A stretch of 64,000 nucleotides of DNA from Alphaproteobacteria bacterium (GTDB lineage Bacteria; Pseudomonadota; Alphaproteobacteria; MPNO01; UBA830): positions 5,184,001 to 5,248,000 of the forward strand of contig OZ251539.1 in assembly GCA_965243135.1 (NCBI GenBank). The letters run 5' to 3'. The notes below the pieces were generated by a model. That model did not search any database and was not told where the DNA came from. It saw only the letters and a list, made by a program, of their open reading frames with translations. Positions 61,296 through 64,000 of this stretch are shown here, in pieces. The stretch's first letter is position 1. Each line of letters opens with the position of its first letter. The position numbers were made by a program, and so were the translations under genes.

Positions 61296-62058
61296 CTATT
61301 TTTTTTGAGGATCCGCCTCCAGTCTCGCCGCAGAGGCTTCAGCATCCTTGACCGGGAGAGCGCGTTTGCGCCGGGTGCTGCCGCGGCCTTGGGTCGCGCC
61401 GACCTTGCTTGCGTCCCGGTAGCAGGTTCCTGCAAAGCGCGGCGTTTCGCAGAAGGTCTCAAGCAGGACCGGAGCGTAGCGGGACTCCCAGTTGTTGGGC
61501 AGCCGCCATTCGACCAGGGTGAGGAGATGGGAGGTTCCTGGCCAAGGCAGGGATCTGGCGTTGTTGACCATCAGCGGCAGGTTGCGGCGGCGGGTTTCGG
61601 GTTCCACGCACTTGTCCCGCGGCGCGATCTTCCAGGCTGCGGCACCGAGGACGGCGAAGGCTTCGCCTTCGGCGGCCCGGACGAAGTAGCGCCCGCGGGC
61701 AGCGTCGAGTGGCCGAGGTAGCGAGCGACGAACTCGTTCCAGAGGCGGCCTTCGTTCGCGTTCCGGCAGGGAACGACGGGTTGGATGTCGGCGAGACGTT
61801 CGGAGGTCGGGGGTTGGTCGGTTGCAGGGCCGGGCACGACGGCGGACGGTCGGCGTTTGCCTTGGCGGCGGCAGGACGGCCGTGCATGCGCAGCATGGCG
61901 ACGCGCGCGCTCATGTCCTTGAGTCCGCCGTTGCGCCAGTCGAGAAGTCGGCAGACCTCCCGCGACAGCGCCCGGCGGGTGAGGCCGCCCCTCAAGGCGC
62001 GGGCAAGCTCGTCCTCGGAGAAGTCGCGCCCGCAATAGCGGTCGGGGCCACCGTTCAC
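61296..62058 (-). pseudogene. DUF4338 (Druantia DruA-like) gene, fragmented
   Basis: RYCGRDFS, LSREVC..LDW..GGLKDMSARVAMLRMH, VNNAR, PVLLETFCETPRFAGTCYR. Confidence 0.8.
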
Positions 62059-62059
62059 G

Positions 62060-62800
62060 GTCCTTGGGTGAGAGCGGCCTTTCAGGAACGAAGGCGCTCT
62101 TCGTCGGCGCCCCACGGCAGCCAAGCGGCCGGACCGCGCGGGCCGCCATGCCGGGCACAGGCGGCAGGCGGACAGCCAAGGGTAAGGCGAGATGCCGCTC
62201 AGCGTACCGAAGATGGACATGCTGGCCAGCCGCGCTCCGTCCACGCTGTGCGGCCCGAACGAGAGCTTGCGGCCGACGCCGCGCAGACCGCTTTCGGCGA
62301 CGTTGTTGTCCATGGGAACGGCCGCGTTGCCCACGAACACGATCAGACCGTCGCAGTGACGCGCCAGGGAATCCAGGGGGCCGCGTTGCGCCGCGCTCTC
62401 CGGGAGCGCGTCCCGCGCCTTGTTCGCCGCCGCGAAGAACGCTTCGACGAACCTTGCGAGCTGTCGTTGTCGCGCGCCAGTTTCCGATAGGCGGAGTAAC
62501 GGTCGCAGACCAAGTAAGCCGCCTGTTCGGGCGAGCCGAGGCCCCCGAACAGTTCGCGGGCGGCTTCCGCGCTGCGCGACTGCGACGGTGCGCGTCGCGT
62601 CGTGGGACCGGGCGACCCAACGACGGGCGCTGCCGCTGTCTTTCTCGCCCTGTTCCCGTCCACCCCGTTTCGTCGCCGTCGACGACCGGAGCTTCCCGCA
62701 GACGCCGGGAGATCTCTTCGTCGAGCCGCCAGCGGCGGCAGGCCTCGCCGCGCATCCGCCAGCGTGCCGGGCGCGAGCCCATGCTGGCGCAACGCGCGGC
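62060..62800 (-). pseudogene. IS66 TnpC transposase remnant
   Basis: DDE motifs spread over three frames; N-terminal half deleted. Confidence 0.8.
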
Positions 62801-62898
62801 AGCGCAACGGACGATGCTGCCCGAACCTTTCCGCCGTACCCGGTCAAGGAAGTCAGGCTGAACCCGGGACCGAAGGCGGCTCCTCAAAAAATAGATCG

Positions 62899-63759
62899 TC
62901 ACTTGACGAGCGAACGCTTACCGCAAATCAGGAATTCCGCAAGCTCTCGACTCGCTTGAGATATCTCGAACTGCTCGTTGGGCAAGCCATTCCGGCCGAT
63001 GATCTCCGACAACGGACGTCCCGGATTGTCGAATTGTCCGACGGACGTGATGATCGCCTTCATCCGTTTCGCCTCGTTGCCACGGACTGCGTCTCCGTCG
63101 CATGCGTTGTCCTCTATGTATTTCTTCGCCGCAGAAAATTTATTCGGCCAGACCGCCTCCACCATAGGCGCCACGTGCGTTTCCAAAGTTCCGGTTTTCC
63201 TCGGCTCGTTTCCGTCATGAAAGACGAAGCAACCGACCGGGACGCCATTTCCGGCTATCCATTTTCCGTGTTCCAGATCGGTCATGTCTCCAAAATGAGC
63301 GCTGTAATGTTGACGAAAAAAATGTAGCGTTTTCTCCAAACCATCGTCATCGGCATCAAACAAAAAAGCCGTGGCGTATTGGGTAATCTTAAAATCAGCT
63401 GTCTGCGGTCCCTCAAAAATTTCCTTGAGATTATCAAGAATTCCCATAACTCCATCGACTTTATCTCTTCCGTTAGTTCGAACCAATATGACGATAATAT
63501 TTAGATTTTCATTAGTTACGATTGATTGTACGACCGGGGAGGGAGGATTGACCGCGTCCCGGAGTTTAAGTTCCTCGATCGAGCTACGCTCGCACCAATA
63601 CTCGATAAGTCCTTTAGAAATAGTGTTGATGCGGCCGAATGGAGATGGAAGTTTCCCAACTGGGCAATCAAGGAAATTAAAATTCCGAATGGACCCCAAA
63701 CACCGTTGAGCAAATATTACGTCGTGACGACCTTCGCAAAAAACGAGAATGGATTTCAT
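62899..63759 (-). CDS. DUF3226-like (TOPRIM-type) protein; last codons replaced by the IS end
   Basis: LVFCEGRHD, FLFDADD, GTLE; low GC; coupled to an AAA ATPase. Confidence 0.78.
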   Translation of the reverse strand: MKSILVFCEGRHDVIFAQRCLGSIRNFNFLDCPVGKLPSPFGRINTISKGLIEYWCERSSIEELKLRDAVNPPSPVVQSIVTNENLNIIVILVRTNGRDKVDGVMGILDNLKEIFEGPQTADFKITQYATAFLFDADDDGLEKTLHFFRQHYSAHFGDMTDLEHGKWIAGNGVPVGCFVFHDGNEPRKTGTLETHVAPMVEAVWPNKFSAAKKYIEDNACDGDAVRGNEAKRMKAIITSVGQFDNPGRPLSEIIGRNGLPNEQFEISQASRELAEFLICGKRSLVK

Positions 63760-64000
63760 CGAATGCCTCGCAGATCGAAGTCAACTATCTTGCGAAGTTC
63801 TGAAAATTTCTTTCCATCAAACCTCTCTATATCGACTCGATTCTCGCTGCGCCGAAGCACATAGCTGACGATGTCGTCGAGCCGATACTCGTTAATCACG
63901 GAAGAATCCACCATTTCCTTGCTGTGAGTGGAAAGAAATACCTGAACGTTGCACTGTATTGCAAGTTCGTGAACCATCCGGGTGAACTCGTTCAGCAACC
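63756..64000 (-). CDS. C-terminus of an AAA_15/AAA_21 ABC-type ATPase (partial)
   Basis: NVQVFLSTHSKE H-loop, ends DLRGIR; ATGA overlap with the DUF3226 gene. Confidence 0.85.
   Translation of the reverse strand, partial: LLNEFTRMVHELAIQCNVQVFLSTHSKEMVDSSVINEYRLDDIVSYVLRRSENRVDIERFDGKKFSELRKIVDFDLRGIR

Larger units (their letters stand above)
61269..62921 (-). mobile_element. Degenerate IS66-family element with DUF4338 passenger
   Basis: ~45-bp terminal IRs GTAAGCGTTCGCTCGT(A/C)AAGTGACG(G/A)TCTATTTTTT; TnpC remnants DETGW, CDRYSAY, MDNNVAE..LR. Confidence 0.88.

Noticed and set aside
61296-62058. Druantia defence system
   Set aside because: Only a broken DUF4338 inside an IS; no DruE helicase or other dru genes

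Overview
GC-rich window from what is probably an alphaproteobacterium (inferred; the accessory gene mix resembles host-associated or sponge-symbiont lineages). Intact metabolic blocks are: TPP enzyme/CoA ligase/lipoate ligase, enoyl-CoA hydratase/3-hydroxyacyl-CoA dehydrogenase, tctCA, tkt-gap-pgk, an SdhA-like flavoprotein with a mini 2Fe-2S partner, a CoxL-like Mo enzyme, a carotenoid oxygenase, HMG-CoA lyase/CoA transferase and panBC. They alternate with decaying accessory patches. Mobile DNA: three complete ~1.65-kb DDE IS copies with perfect 9-bp target duplications (one splits a ferritin-like gene, one splits a Mu-like phage remnant), and a degenerate IS66/DUF4338 block carrying a FitAB toxin-antitoxin pair that sits inside the last codons of a DUF3226 gene. 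The top candidate for an undescribed system is at 34620-37481: a Zur-box-like site, then a possibly translated, perfect 13-bp x ~35.7 tandem array whose leader ORF stops in an ATGA overlap on the start of a TbpB-like surface lipoprotein, so copy number mod 3 could act as a three-state switch. The second candidate is a near-consensus sigma70 promoter, a ~200-nt structured leader and a PcfJ-like gene ending in a hairpin (16556-17774). All family assignments come from motif recognition by eye; no database searches were run.
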